Shown here one piece after another: positions 23,925-38,170 of a stretch of DNA of 64,000 nt (position 1 is the stretch's first letter; every line of letters begins with the position of its first letter). The translations under genes were made by a program, and so were the position numbers. Source of the DNA: Lama glama (taxonomy: Eukaryota); NCBI GenBank assembly GCA_028534125.1, contig CM052816.1, positions 24,988,001-25,052,000 of the forward strand, read 5' to 3'. The notes below the pieces were generated by a model, which had not been told where the DNA came from, did no database searches, and was given only the letters and a program-made list of their open reading frames with translations.

Positions 23925-26458
23925 TTTTTTTCAGTTTTATTGGGATATAATTGACACATAACATTGTATAAACTCAGTTTATAATGTGGTGATATGATAC
24001 ACTTACTCCCGTGATTACAATTTTTTATTTGAAGTGAGAAAATTTAAGATCTCTCTTAGCAACTTTCAAGTATTTAACATAGTATTAACCATAGTCACCA
24101 TGTTGTATATTAGATCCCTAGAACTAATTCATCTTAAAACTGGAAGTTTGTACTCTGACCAGCAGCTCTTCATTTCCTTTCTACTCTGTTTCCATGAATT
24201 TAGCTTTTTTAGATTGCACACATAAGTGATATTATAGAGCATTTTTCTTTCTATGACTGACTTCTTTCACTTAGCATAATATCTTTGAGGTCCATTGATG
24301 CCATTGCAAATGACATGATTTTATTCTTTCTCATGACTGAATAATATTCCACTGTGTGCGTATGTATGTTTGTGTGTGTGTATGTATGTTTATGTATTCC
24401 ATTTGTTTTTGTACATTCATCAATAGTGGGACACTAAGGCTGTTTCCATGTCTTGGCTATAGCGAGCAGTACTACAGTGAACATGGGAGTACAGATATCT
24501 CTTTGAGATCCTGACTTCATTTCCTTTGTGTATATACCAAGAAATGGAATTGCTGGATCATATGCAGGTCTGTTTTTAAGTTTTGAGGAAACTTTCTATT
24601 GTTTTCAATAGTGACTACACAAATTAGTATTCCCACAAAGAGTGTAAAAGTCCTCCCTTTTATCCACATCCTCACCATCACTAGTTATTTCCTGCCTTTT
24701 TTTTTTTTATCATACCCATTCCAATAGATGTGAGATGATGTCTCATTTTGGTTTTGATTTGCATTTTTCTGATGTTTAGTAATGTTGAATTCTCTTCTTG
24801 ACCCTGTTAGCATTTATTTTTCAAATATTAACCCCTTATTAGATATAAAATATGTAAAATTTTCTCCGATTTTATAGGTTGCCTTTTCATTGTATTGATC
24901 GTTTCTTTGTTTCTTAGAAACTTTTTCATCTGATTTTGCCCTACTTAGTTATTTTTGCTTTGTTGCTTGTACTTTTAGCATCGTATCTAAAATATTTTGC
25001 CAAGGCCAATGTCAGGGAGCTTTTCTCAATTTTTTTTTCTTGGAGTTTTATAGTTTCAAGTCTTATGTTTAAGTTTTTAATATCCATTTCAAGTAAATTT
25101 TTGTGAATGGTGTAAGATAAGGGTCCAATTTCAATTTGTTAATGTGTCATTTTCCTAATTTTGTTGGGAGTGTCTTTCTATGTTTTCTTGTAGCTCATTA
25201 CACTTCCTTAAAACAGCTATTTTTAATTCTTTCTCAGGTAAATCACCATGTTGTTGGGGTCAGTTAATGAAAGATTATTGTGAGCTTTTGAATATGTTTT
25301 ATTTCCTCAATTTGTCATGTTTCTTAAAGTTTTACATTGCTGTCTTTATATTTGAAGTAGCAGTTAACCTCCTCCAGTCTTTACTAACTTACTTTAGGAG
25401 AGAAATACATTTTATTAGTCCTGCTGGGGATACTGTGGCTTTCTCAGATCTCTTATGCCTGCTTCACACTTTTGCACCCTTTTGTGGCAGAATTCTTAAG
25501 ACTGAATGTCCTCTCTCAATCCTGCTAGGCAGGGTGCCAAGAGCCTCCTTTTTACTTTCCTGAGGGTGGAGCTAAAAAGGTCAGTTTGTGGTCTCTCCCT
25601 AGCTTCCAGATTTGGTTCAGCTTTCTGCATGTGCCCACTTAGCATCTGTCTACTAAAGGTTGCTCTTGTTGCTGTCTAGACTGTGCCCAGTGAGCCAGCC
25701 ACAGGGTTGGGGTGTCTGTGCCTGAGTTATGGGGTGACTGTGGGCCAACTGGGGGGATCTGCATGGAAAGTATCCCAGTGACTTTTGGATGGGCTTCTTG
25801 AAGGGGTTTTCAATGTGATTAGTAGGATATGCATTTCTTTAACATGTTTCAGGAGGCTCGTCTGCCTCTCTCACAGGCTCTTCCTAGTCCTCATAGAGTT
25901 CATGACTCAGTACTCTGGGTGTTGTGAGAGAGAAATGAGTCTCTGGTGATGTCCTGCACAGCTGGAGAAGCTAGGCACTCACATATTCTTACTTTCCCTC
26001 ATAGGGAAAATCACAGGCTGATAAAATCTCTCTGGCACTAATCTGCGCTGCCTTGAGGGAAGGTGAAATGGATAAAGTCAAACTGTATTTTTTATCCTCT
26101 CCATTGCATCCAAACTTAGATATTTTTTTTCTCCTGTCTTGTGCTGGAACTTCTTTGCTGGACTTCCCTAAAGTCTCACTTGTGTATGGGTGATTGTCTA
26201 AAATGGTGTTCTCCAGAGGCTCCCAGACCACTGCCACAGGGACTTGAGCTGGTTTGTAGGCCATTCCAGTGTCTGTCACCAGGGCCAAGGTCTGTATGCC
26301 TATTATGCAACACACGGATGAGGGAGACATATCCCAGGTCCTTTGACGTATGATGCTGTATCCCAGAGCTCCTACAAATGTGGATAGATGCCAAATTATG
26401 TTGAGGGGTGGATACAGATGAGGGATTTGTTACTCTGCCACATTGCAGAAGTTACTCT
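23925..26458 (-). mobile_element. LINE-1 (L1MA9/L1M2-like) with large internal deletion: 3' UTR and ORF2 tail (23925-~25135) joined to ORF1 start and 5' UTR (~25140-26458)
   Basis: Poly-T then ttttattgggatataattgacacataacattg (3' end). tgttttcttgtagctcattacacttccttaaaacagctatttttaattct is the antisense ORF1 N-terminal region. A GC-richer 5' UTR ends ctctgccacattgcagaagttactct. Confidence 0.85.
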
Positions 26459-27519
26459 GAAAAGTTGTTCTTGATTGCAATCTCAGTTGAAGCAGTGATC
26501 CTGAATTCAGTTTTATAGGGAAAAAATATTTCATTGGCAATATAGCTCAAAATTCAGTTTGACTGAACATATCACTGATGTGTCAATATATATATAGACA
26601 AAACATATTTAGAAATTCTCCTGGTATATTTTAAACCTGGTTAATTTAAAGGCCCTCTAATTAGGTTTGATTCCAAAGGATAAAATGGTGATTTTTTGAG
26701 ATTATAATTTACACAAGGCTTTGAAATTATACTAGCCATCTAGCATATGACATTTATAAATGTTATTACCGGTATTATCATTACCCTAAAGCAATGTCCT
26801 TTTTTTAAAAGGAAAAAAATAATTTCTTACACAGGATAAGGCTTCTATGACATGCATTTTATGAAATGTCTGCATTAAATTTGTAACTGTTAATTCCACA
26901 TTTGGTGGTATGTTTTCACTTAGAATTAACTTTGTTTGTGAATATGAGGAGTATTTTAAAAATGGTTCTGGTCACCAGAAAACACTCTTCTTTCTGAATA
27001 GTTACCATAGATTTAGATATAACCTCTGAAAGGGAAAGAAACAAATGCATGTTAGGCCTTAATTACATCATATGCTTTAAGAGAAATTGGTGCTATAATT
27101 TCCTGACAACATATCAATTCAGTGTAACATGTTATAGGGCATTTAAATTAGTAACTTCTTGAGAGAGATGTAATGAACTTTATTTGAGATGAATGTAATC
27201 TCCAAGACAACCAGGTTGTGCTTCTGATGTACTGATATTTTGAAGAGCTGAGAGCCTGTAATTAGTGAAACTAGAGTTCAGTAAGGATTGTCAAAATCAG
27301 AACTCACAGAAAGAAAAAATGTAGAGATTTTCATAACATATATATTTAGGTAGATTATCTATTGGAAAAGCTGAAAAACAAGGGTAGGAAAGGAAAATAG
27401 GAAAAGTACAGATGGAGAAAAAAGACTCTGACACATACATATCAACAAGATGATTCAGTGAAGATACTGAGAGGGAAATGATGGCAGAGATAAAGGAGCA
27501 TGAACTGGGCTGACAATTT

Positions 27520-28900
27520 ATTTATTATTTCACTGACTTTTTTATAGAGTGCTGAATATGCATCAGGTGAGGGGACCTGTGCAGCAGATAAAGTGTATCT
27601 CATGTTTTCTTCTTAGAAAATCTCATAACGAGTAAGGCCCAAATAAATAAAATTCCAAGTGATAAGAGCTATGCTAGAAAATTTATCTTAAAAGTAGTAG
27701 AAAGACATGGAATGATTTAAGAGAATGAGATGATCTGACTCTGTAGTAAATGGATTAGGAAGAGAGGAAAGGAAGATGATGAGAAGAAGGAAAGATTAAA
27801 AAGGGAATCCAGGTAAGAAAAGATGAGGGTTCAACATAAGACAAATTCAGGGATAATAGAGAAGGAAAATACATTATTAAGTATATCAAAGATAGAATTG
27901 ACAAAATGTTGAAATGGAGTGAATGTAGGGGGAAACTGAGAAGTCTGAAATGACTTTTAGACCTTTTGGGAAACTGGCAATGTGATGGTATACGTCTCCA
28001 AGTTAGAGAATTAAGATTTGTGAGTTGTAGGGGATTCATATAATGTTGTTCTGGCCAAGTTATGTTTCAGATGCTGTCCAAGTGGTATTTTTTAGAGAAT
28101 GATTATATGGGCCAACAGCTTGAGTCAAATGCTGAGCTGGAGATGTAGAGATTGCCGTGGGTCTATGTCAGACCAACCAGTGTGCTTTTATTAAACAAAA
28201 GAGGACTGAAGACAGAATAATTACTATGCAGAAATGGGTAGAAAAAGATCTCACAGATTTCAATAAGTAGCCACAAAGGTAGGTGGAGGACCAGAGTGGG
28301 TGATGCTGTTAGAAACTCAGAGAGGAGAGCCTCCAGGAGAGGATAATCAACATTTTCAAATGCTGCAAATAAATATTACAAGTGTTTATTGGTCTTTACA
28401 AATAAAGGGTCACTGGTGACCAGTAAAGAATATTTTAAATGGAGAGGTGGGGTCAATAGCAAGACTTTGTGCTTAGTAAGAGAATGGAAACGAGAAAATA
28501 GGAACAGCAGGGTGGTTACATTCAAGAATCTTAGATATGAATGGAGGAGACCAGAGGAAGGCTTGAGGTTGAAGGAGGACTTTTTTTCTTAAGATGATAT
28601 ATACTGAAGATGTTTATAGATTGAGGGAGATAAAAGGCAATCCAGAGAAAGAAAAAAATGAAGGGGAAAGGATAGCTGAAGGAGTGATGTAACTATACAA
28701 ATGGGCTAAGATAGGATCCATAGGAGAGTTTGAGGAAGTAACAATGCACCAGTGGGAGTGAGATATCTCTTCCCTGAGGTGGGCAAGAATGAATTTGAAT
28801 GGAGTTGTATTAATACTCCTGGGTACAGGACTGGGAGAAATGGTAAGAGGCTGAAATAGTTCTCTGTTCAGGTGATTGCTAAAGTGCAGTTTTAAGTTGT
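27520..28900 (-). mobile_element. L2 fragments
   Basis: Purine-rich plus strand with L2 motifs (ttttcaaatgctgca; gggtcactggtgaccagtaaagaatattttaaatggagaggtgggg; gtaagagaatggaa). Confidence 0.65.
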
Positions 28901-29079
28901 GGTTAAAGAAAAGCACTGTCAAGGGCAGAAAAAGTCACTATTTCTTAATGAGCTGATGAAAAAGAGAGGAACTTAACATAGTCCATAGAAACAGAGAAAG
29001 CTAAGAGGAATAGTTTCCCCCAAGAATGGAGCCTATAGTTTGGTCTGAAAATTCAAAAATGGAAGAATCAAGAAAATAA

Positions 29080-29340
29080 ATATAATAGATGCCACTTACT
29101 ATGCACTTCTTTTGTGTCAGCCACTGTTACTAAATGCTTTGCCAAAATGGGCTTTGTTTTAATCCTCTTAACAACTCTAGTTAATAGGTATTATTATGTA
29201 TGCTTTCCTTATGAAAAAATTAAGGCTTATTAAAGTTAAATGACTTGTCCAAATTCACACATCTACAAAGCATCACAGTCAACATTCCAGACGCATCTGT
29301 GTTTCCAAAGCATATAACTCTGAATAGCATTCTATTTTAC
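29080..29340 (-). mobile_element. MIR SINE
   Basis: tttaatcctcttaacaactctagttaataggtattattat ... aaggcttattaaagttaaatgacttgtccaaattcacacatct. Confidence 0.8.
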
Positions 29341-29458
29341 ATGCAAAGGACTGTCAGTTACTTTGAACTTTGGCCAAGCTAGTTGAATAACATGATAGGA
29401 TCTATTTTAACTTTAGATTCATATAATTGTGATTTCTATGATTTTTTTCATACTTCAG

Positions 29459-29526
29459 TAATGATTGCCTTTGACCTTGAGAATGATAAACCAATTGAAG
29501 AAAGATTCAGTGGAGGAAAAAATAAT
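29459..29526 (+). pseudogene. Candidate exon (68 nt, phase 1 to 0), open frame
   Basis: Acceptor atttttttcatacttcag| and donor AAT|gtgaga. Reads MIAFDLENDKPIEERFSGGKNN with no stop. Confidence 0.35.
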
Positions 29527-32500
29527 GTGAGAAAAAGCCACAGACCCAAGAATCCAAACTTTAATAGAGCTTAAAAAAAAACTTTAATAGAGAAATCTCC
29601 CCTTTTTCATGAGCTGAGGGAAGTCATTGGAGTAAATGTTGAACCCAGATGGCTTTCTGTGGCTGTTGCCCTTGAATATGGCTCAGTTTCTTGATTGGTC
29701 TCTGCACTTGGAAATATCATAAATCTGAGTTCTTTTCCCAGTGACATTCTCCTTCTAATCCCCAAATTCCTTTGTTTAATTTGACATGTAGCTACAATTT
29801 TTCCATTCTGATATTGTTTGCAAGCAAAGAGTAATGTTCTCCTGTTAGTTGTACAGGAGAACTCTTGAAGTGATATATGCACATGAAATATATGATAGAT
29901 GAAAAATAAAAAATAAGAATGCACAGACCCAGATACTCATAGATGTGCTACTGCATGGGAAACTAGCAATAGGTTCTGAGTAAATTTTAATGCTTGTAAA
30001 TTGGGCTAAATAATCAAATTGCCTTAGAATTACTGAATGATCTCTGCAATCAAATTTAGTTAACATTTTCTCTTAGTAGATGAAGTACTTGATAAGTGGA
30101 TGGCTATTAATAGCCTTAATAGTTTAAAATTTTTAAACAAAATGTGTGTCTGATAATAATTCACTGTAAGAAATTTAGCCTCAAGAATAAACCTCAACCA
30201 CAAATTATTTTTAAAGGTAAATGCATAGCTGGTTGAATCAATAGCAGAACATACAGAGTCCATAATTTTTCTCCCTTTTCATGACACAATAGCAAATAAG
30301 GTCATCCCCAGCATCTTACCTTCCAATCCAGAAGCTCCATAGACAACATAATTATTCTAATCATGGTTTTAAGAACCACAATCAAAATGACAAATTCTCA
30401 CATTATTTGACCATGTTTGCAAGTGATTCAGACATTCCTTGTTAACACTGGGAGGCCACCATGTGTTCTAGGCACTGTTTGTGAATCTGTCCACCTGATT
30501 AGTTTGTGTTCTCTGCAATAACCCTGATAGCACTGAGCATATGTTGTGGGCAAAAGCTGTCAAGCAAAAAAATGGAGTTAATCTCCTCTATCTCTGTCAC
30601 CTTTAATATGCGCTCTTACTCAGTTGCTAAATAAGGTGGTAAAAGATTTGGATTAGTATACTTTCAGTATTTTCACATGTAATAAAAATAGTCTGATGAA
30701 TTTGAAATGACTAGAAGGAAATCATAAAAAATGACCACTCATTTTACTCAATTTAAATTCATAGCCTCAAACACTATGGCTAATAATTAGCCGTAGCTAA
30801 TGAAACAAGGCACATGTAATTGACAAGGCTGTACCAGAGAGGCACACTTTATCATTTTCAGATACAATACACTGCATATGCCAGAATTTTAGAAAAAGGA
30901 GAAGCTTGAACAAAGCAAGATCTACAAAAGGAAAGGGGAAAAAGATTCTTCCTTTTTAGAAACACATGGTAGCTTTATGTGATTTTTAAATGTGCCTGAC
31001 ATTTTTATTAATGTGTTTAAATAAATGTTTACCTAAGTAAGATTGTTCTGCAGTCCTTTTTGCTAAAAGTTCTCCATTAACTACATGTTTCATCTTTGGA
31101 TTTAAGAATCTGACAATAAAACTTTCCAGAGAAGTATGTTATGCACACAGGTTTACTCAAGCACAACTGTTAGAATCACCTGGGCTGCTTGAGTTTTCAG
31201 TACAACTGGTTTGTTGTAAATCAACTGCAGTCATTTTCTAGGGATTATGAATCACACTTGAAGGATGTGCTCCTATGTGTCTTAATTTGACTTTGGTAAA
31301 ATTCTGCTGTATTATAGAGACAATGTGGTGTTTTATTATGAGTTTGAAATGAACCTTATTAAAGGGCTAGGATATTTATTATTCATGTCACATCCACACT
31401 TCATGAGAAGTGGTATTATGAATAACTTACTCATAGTCAACGTCGATTTTATAATATCTGAAACCAAACACAAAATGAGAGAAATAAATTTATTTAATCC
31501 TCAGGTCACCCTGCAGAAACAAAACTAGGTGAGAAGTAGATAAATTATTTTAAAAATGAGCTTGGATAATAACTCTACAGCACTCAACCTCCCCAAACAT
31601 AACTCAATGTTAATCATGTTGATTTCCTTAAAGACAAATTTTTAAATACCAAAGCTGTCTTAGATATAGTGCACTAAAAAATATTAGGATAATAAACCAT
31701 GGCTCTTAATATTTTGGAAAGTATGAAAATGATAGCACAGATATTGTTCTCCCAACCCATACTGCAGCACTTTAAGTAAATAGGAAAAAAGACAAATTAA
31801 AAATAAGTAGATTGCAAAGAAATATTTGCACAGTGTTCAGTATGTACAAAATAGCTTAGAAACTTATGTTCAGAACAATCCTGGAGAACCTTTTGATTTT
31901 ATAACCTTACAAGGCTCTAAGAGGCAGAGTGTTGAACGAGGAAATTACAGAGTGCTCAGGGTCAGTAGTCATCTGCCTCACAGAGTTAAGCACCAGCATT
32001 TACAAAGAATCTTTGTTCCCCTCCTTTTCTTTCATCTATTGTCTTTTTATAGCAAGGAATGTATGAAAAGGATGGTAGCAAAAGCAAATAGAATGCTCTT
32101 CTAGCTTGCATTTTTGACCTAAATTTTTTATCAAACCATCTTTATAAAAATGTTACTGCTGTTTAGTGGTAATTTTAATTGCATATTTTATTCCATTGCA
32201 AGATACAGGTAGAATAATTCTTCTAGGCTTTATCAGGATGCCTTTAAAAAATAACTGCAGACATGGATTATTTACTATAGACTTAATGTTTGCAGTTAAT
32301 GAATGTCACCACATTCCAAGAGAATTTCATAGGTCACCACATCTTAGGAATCATTTTGACATTATTACATTTATAAACATAGAAATAAAATGTTCCAGTT
32401 AGACTTTTATTCTAAGCAAGAAAAATTATGTATTTAAATCCAATATTGCATTTTTAAATTATTTTAAAGCATTTTAAAAATTACAGACTCTGTAGATAAA

Positions 32501-32894
32501 TTTTATGTTCTTTTATCTGAGCTAACCTCTGTTCATATTCTGAATATATTTTAAACTTAACAATGAACATGTGATAATGACCTCAGTTGTCTGTTCATTC
32601 TCCTTTGACCCAAGGATAAAGTGCTTGAGAAACTTGAATTCATGATTTTCATGATCCATGGAAGCCAAGGATAGCAGTTAAAACAATTTCATCATCTTTA
32701 AAAGGAAGATATATCCATGGAGGCTATTCTCTGAGAGCAATTTAGGGACTTTTGTTAGGTCCATTTATTCTTTTGGGTTATTAAGAAATCAATTGGTTAG
32801 TAGCCACTGTAGTACACTAAAATTTTCTTTTACAGCATTTTGTTAAATGTCAACATTTATATTAGTGTTCATCATTATGATCTTTCTCTTTCAG

Positions 32895-33003
32895 GATAAA
32901 ACTGTCAGAGAATTAATTACCATGGAGCTCAATTTCACTCTTGGATCATAAATTCAAGCCAATACTGACACTAGCAGTGACAACAGGAATATTTAAAAAT
33001 ACT
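32895..33003 (+). pseudogene. Candidate decayed exon (109 nt, phase 0 to 1)
   Basis: Strong acceptor tctttctctttcag|G but weak donor ACT|gtattt. Reads DKTVRELITMELNFTLGS*IQANTDTSSDNRNI*KY. Confidence 0.25.
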
Positions 33004-33755
33004 GTATTTTCTAGGCCTTCAGTAATGCTAAGATGTTTAAATTCTGGCCTCAAATATTCTAATGGCCTTTAGTGTTCTAAAGTCTTACATATTGAATACT
33101 ATAATAATAAACTTATACTAAATATCAAGGAATTAAGTGGAATATTATAATGAGGAAATTTTATCTTTTCCCAATCAAGATTAAACTTGTGCATATGGAA
33201 TTAGCTATTAATGTATGTAGATTTGATAAGCAATATTGAATTTGTGTTTACTGTTCTCTATAATTCCTCCCCTGGTAGTAATACCCTGTACTTAGCAGCA
33301 GGACATAAATTTTTCCATAATTCTTGATTCCTCATCCTCAAATGCACAATTCTTTCCCATTCAAAATGATTTCAACTTCTATTTTTGGATTTTAGTCTTC
33401 AATTATATTTTAATATTTATTACTGATTTTTTCTTTTATGATTCTCTTTGTTGACTTTATAAATCATGCTCCTTATTTTTAGCCCATTATTTAATCAGTT
33501 TCTATGATAACTTGTCTTAAATTTTCTATAAATTAAATTTTTTTTTAAATCTGTGAAGATAACACCATCTAACTCTGTAACTCCACCGTTCTCTTTTTAT
33601 TTTGTATGTTTATTGTTGTCATTCCTTCTATATGTGTTTGTTTTGTCCTGCTTCTTGTTCTTTGTAAGTCTGGGTGCTTTTCTTTGTTGTTTTTTCTTCA
33701 TGTATTGCACTTGAGTGCTGAGCTTCTGAGGTGTCACTTCTGTTTTGCATTTCAG

Positions 33756-33850
33756 TTTACTTGTAGAACCAAATGCATAAAAAAATCAGGAGTAAACCTC
33801 AGGAGTGCACAGAAAGGAAGGATATACAAACTACACAGACCCTCTTCAAA
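33756..33850 (+). pseudogene. Candidate exon (95 nt, phase 1 to 0; or 84 nt from alternative acceptor at 33767)
   Basis: Acceptor ttctgttttgcatttcag| and donor AAA|gtatgt. Reads YL*NQMHKKIRSKPQECTERKDIQTTQTLFK. Confidence 0.35.
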
Positions 33851-34299
33851 GTATGTGGCTTAAAATGCATTAATTCAAGGATATTTATCTTAAATATTTT
33901 TAACCATATCTCCCTAAATTATCGTGTGATTTTAAAAATATATTAAAATATGATAAACACAGGAAAAATATAAGGAGCCTTTTGCATCAGAAACTTCAGA
34001 GCTTCAGAAACTGTTACTAAAGAATGAGCTTTGGGCATACTGAAAAAGTTGGCTGCTTAGGGATATTTTCCATGCACTTATATTTACTCTATTGCCTGTT
34101 TATGGTAAAATTGATGGTGACATCCTGAGTCTGTCCCATTATTCTTCATGTAAATCAGAGCTAGAGTTTTTGCTTCTCCAAAATATGTACTTCATTGATT
34201 TGTTTTTAATTCTGTAAAATGATGTACAGGATGAAAGTTGTTTTTGGAGAAAACAAAGTGGAAAGTAGCAATTATCCTATGACTAATCTTAATTCCCTT

Positions 34300-35850
34300 T
34301 AGGCAAACAGCACAACAGCTTCTCTTTTTGGTTCTCCATCCTCACCATTATTTGCTTTATATAATTTGTATACTTTTATAAATTATACATATTATATTAA
34401 GCAGTGTATATGATTATATGTAATTTATATATTTTCTCTGTATTATTTATATATTTTCTCTATTTCTAAATGTATCTACTCTAGAAAATAAATATTACTT
34501 CCTTTTTTGGAAAACATGAGTTGTTTAAATCACACAACTAATTGTATTTCCTACATTCTCCAACTTCTGACTTTATTTATATGACTTTACTTTCTTCTAG
34601 GGGTTTACATTTTATTAAGTCATAGGCTAATAGTTGATTTATCAACACTATCTATAGGCTTCCTTGCTATGAACAATGATAGAATACTTTTCTATTCTTG
34701 AACCTCTCCTCTGTCTTTCTTCATTCACTTTTTGAAGATTTTATTGCTGTTTTTAAAATCATCAAGCCTTATAACATTGAGTTCTGTTCTGAAATAATAC
34801 TACATTTTTCTGAGTTCCTCACATTTCCAAATGAATTTTAAGATCAGTCTGTCAATTTATTCATTTTATTTAACCATGAAATTTTCTACTATTTTACTGT
34901 TTCTTTCATTTTGTTCACTTTGTTTCTCTTTCTAGAATCTCTATTAAGTAGATTCTTGATTTCCAACTCATTAGGGTTAGACGGGTATACCTTCCATGTC
35001 TGCTGACTTTGTAGCATGCATACTGTTTATTCCATCACCTTTTTTTCTGTTTTCTGAGAGAATCTTTCTTCTTAGTATTCCAGGTATTATATTCATCCTT
35101 CAGCTATTTTTAATACACTATTAAGTACCATACTATTTTTAAAAAATACTGCTATAAATTTTTCAGTTTCCAAGATTTATAATGGGCTCTCTTGCTTCTC
35201 GCATATAGATTTAATGTTTTCTCTTAATTGTGTCTTCAACTGGGGAATTCCTTTGTTAGTTTAACTAGTGCGTTCCTTTCATGGTGTTTTTAAAAACTTT
35301 TCTTTAAGCTTTGGTGATTCTTTTTTGGGGGTGTGGGAAAGCTCATATTTTCAGAATGCTTATACTATTTTTCTGAGGACAGGATCTACCCTCTTAATTG
35401 TGATGGAAAAGTATGTTGGTTGTATGTGATGTTGTTTTCTTCTTGGCGTTGGTCTTCTGGTATATCCTAGCGGTTCATCAACTCCTTGGGGGAATGCTCA
35501 ACCTGTCAAGATTTCCTAACTCTCATATTTAGCCTTTTGGTAATTATCATTGTGGTCCAATCCACAGCTCAAGTAGAATAAAGAAGGGAAGAACAATTGA
35601 GTGGCTCTGACTATGAGTTCTCTATCAGTTGTTCATTATTTTCTTCAGAGACCATTTCTGTTTATTTTATTCATTACCTGTGATCTTGGATTGCTTTCAT
35701 TGGGATAGCAATCTTTTATACCAATTTGATTGTGTCTGCTTTCTAGTTTTTAGGAATTTCTCATCATTTCATCGTTTATGTCTATTTTAAAAAATTCTGC
35801 CAGCTCCTTTATATCTTAACTCTCTGAAAAAAACTTTTATTAGATTTTAG
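34300..35850 (-). mobile_element. Highly degenerate old L1 fragments
   Basis: T-rich strand bias. tttccaaatgaattttaagatcagtctgtcaattt and tttctcttctagaatctctattaagtagat resemble antisense L1 ORF2/ORF1. Confidence 0.5.
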
Positions 35851-37409
35851 TTGGGGAGTTATTTAAGTAGGATGTAACTCTTCTCAGTTCACCATTTTGA
35901 TACAGATTTGTGTCACAAGCACTTTTAAACACATTAGCTGAATAGTTTTCTGATAGGAAACTAATGTGGGTATATCTGTGGAGTTGTATGAAGATTGTAT
36001 TATCTGTGTGTGTAAATCCCTTTAGCCTACTATAGGAATGTATATTGTATGTGTGCATAAATATGTACATACATGTTTATGCCTGTGTGTTTGTGAGAGA
36101 GAAAGAGACTACATTATATACCCTGATTGTCATAATTAAATTGTCATCCATGGTGGGAACTATTTAAGCTATTTATACTTAAATATCTTACATTCAAAAT
36201 ACTTATATTACATTATCTTTAAGCTATTGAAAGTAACAAAAGAACAAAATTAAATGAAAAGTTAGAGCAAAAAGGAATATTCTCAAGATACATATCCTCT
36301 TCATAACAGAAGAGAAGAAGTAAAGCTAGTAAAAAAAATTATAGAAGTACCTGTTCCTGGCTCCCATCCATTACAGACAATATTCAGTTGCTGTTTGAAT
36401 ATGACAATGCTTTTATATTTTTCATGTTTGTAGATAATTCCCTTGCTGTCTCTCTTTATGTAGCTATATGTCTATAAGTTCATACTTTCTGTTATATGTT
36501 TTCAATCCAAGTTATGAATTTTTGATACTTCTGCTCTCTTTTTCAGAAATATCTTCATCTTCAGTTTTCTGGAGCTCTTTCCATGAAATGATGATTCTGT
36601 CTAGTAAAGTTGTTTCATTCTTGTGTGATTAATAATACATAATTTTATTTTGAAAACTAGTATTGAAGTTAGTTTAAAATATCTTTGAAATATTGGAGAA
36701 AAAGATTTTTAAGAACATCTTCTGCAGAGGGTGAAGTTACAAACAAAAACTGCTGGAAGGCTCATCCCAGTGAGGTTATTCCTATCTAAATAACATAGTG
36801 AATGAAGAGGAAAATATAAGGTAGAGTGAAATGATATTAAGTACAGTTGCCACAAGAATATTTTTTTATTGGATAGATATTATTTTTGGACTTGATAAAA
36901 ACTTCATTGATCACCCTCTAGCACATTTTCTCCTTTATTTCCCATGAAAGGAAGAGCAAATGAGAAAAACTAAAGAGCATTTCAGAAGTAAGTCACACAA
37001 TTCTTGGAAATTCACATATCAAGAAAGTCAGTTTTCTCCCTGAGACAAATTGTTAGAATGTTTGGCAACAATTGTGCACTACATCAATAGAATTTTCCAA
37101 AGATAAGCCCTCATTTTATACATCTAAAACTGAAAATCAACATTTTCGTTCTACTCTACAGGCTCTAAGAAGCCAGAATGTACCATGGATGTATTGTTTA
37201 AGAAAAGTAGGAATAGATCTGAACTCTAAAGCTTAAAAGGATAAAGATCTAAAGAGCTTATATCATAGTAAAATAGAAATAGATTAAATTAAGTAAAGCT
37301 TAATGTAAAATTTATTATTATAATTATATAAATCTTTACATTTATTTTGTTCTTGCTCTGTATTTTAGTGCCTACATTATATCTGTTGATTGAGATAATG
37401 GAAATTTAT

Positions 37410-38170
37410 ACCATTCATATTTAGTATGTGTTACTATGTACCAAGCAGGTGCTATGATAAATCTGGAGAACAGAAAGTGCATTCATGGAATTAACAGTCA
37501 GTAGGGACTAGGATATTAAACAATAAAAAGTAGGCTAAATAGGGCTATAATAAGGAAAGCACATGATAATGTAGGAATAGATAGCAGGGGTACCTCACTG
37601 AGTCTGGGACTGGGGTGAGTTTAGGAAAGATTTCTTAGAGGAAGTCGTTAGTGGGTAAGTGAATGAAGAAAAAGAACTACATTAAAAGTCAGAAGAAGTA
37701 CAAAGAGAATGAACGCTGTTTCAAATAAAGGAAACAGCATGTGCAAAATCTGTAAGAGAAAGCTTTTCACATTCAAAAGGTGGAAAGAAGTTAGTTATGG
37801 CTGGATAAAGGGGTGTGAGGCAGGGAAGAGCAGTAGCAAAAGCTGAGCAGTTCAGGGCCAGATAATGAAGGCATTCATGATCATTCTAAGGTTTCTACTT
37901 GATTCTAAGGGAAATAAAAAGACACTAAATAGTTTTAATTGGAAGATTGTCTTCACTAGAAAGATCACTCTGATTACTACATGGAAAATGTGCTGTGGAG
38001 AAGTGAACTGCAGGAAATGAAACCAGTTAACAAGCTCTTGTAATCTGTGTAAAATATGATGAGATGGATGATATGGTGGTGTCTCAGACTGGCATAGTAG
38101 CAATATGGGTGGAACTATTTGGACAGACTGGGAGATAGAATGTAAAACTACAGACGATTTAGTAATTAAT
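37410..38170 (-). mobile_element. L2 3' fragment
   Basis: cattcatatttagtatgtgttactatgtaccaagc ... tttaggaaagatttcttagaggaagt ... aaaggaaacagcatgtgcaaa ... agaaagatcactctgattactacatggaaaatg. Confidence 0.85.

Noticed and set aside
25180..26394. ORFs of 70-127 aa
   Set aside because: Inside the L1 ORF1 start and 5' UTR of the deleted L1; these are chance frames.
37162..37190. Short AG/GT-bounded segment (ALRSQNVPW)
   Set aside because: Only 29 nt with an ambiguous weak donor; indistinguishable from chance.
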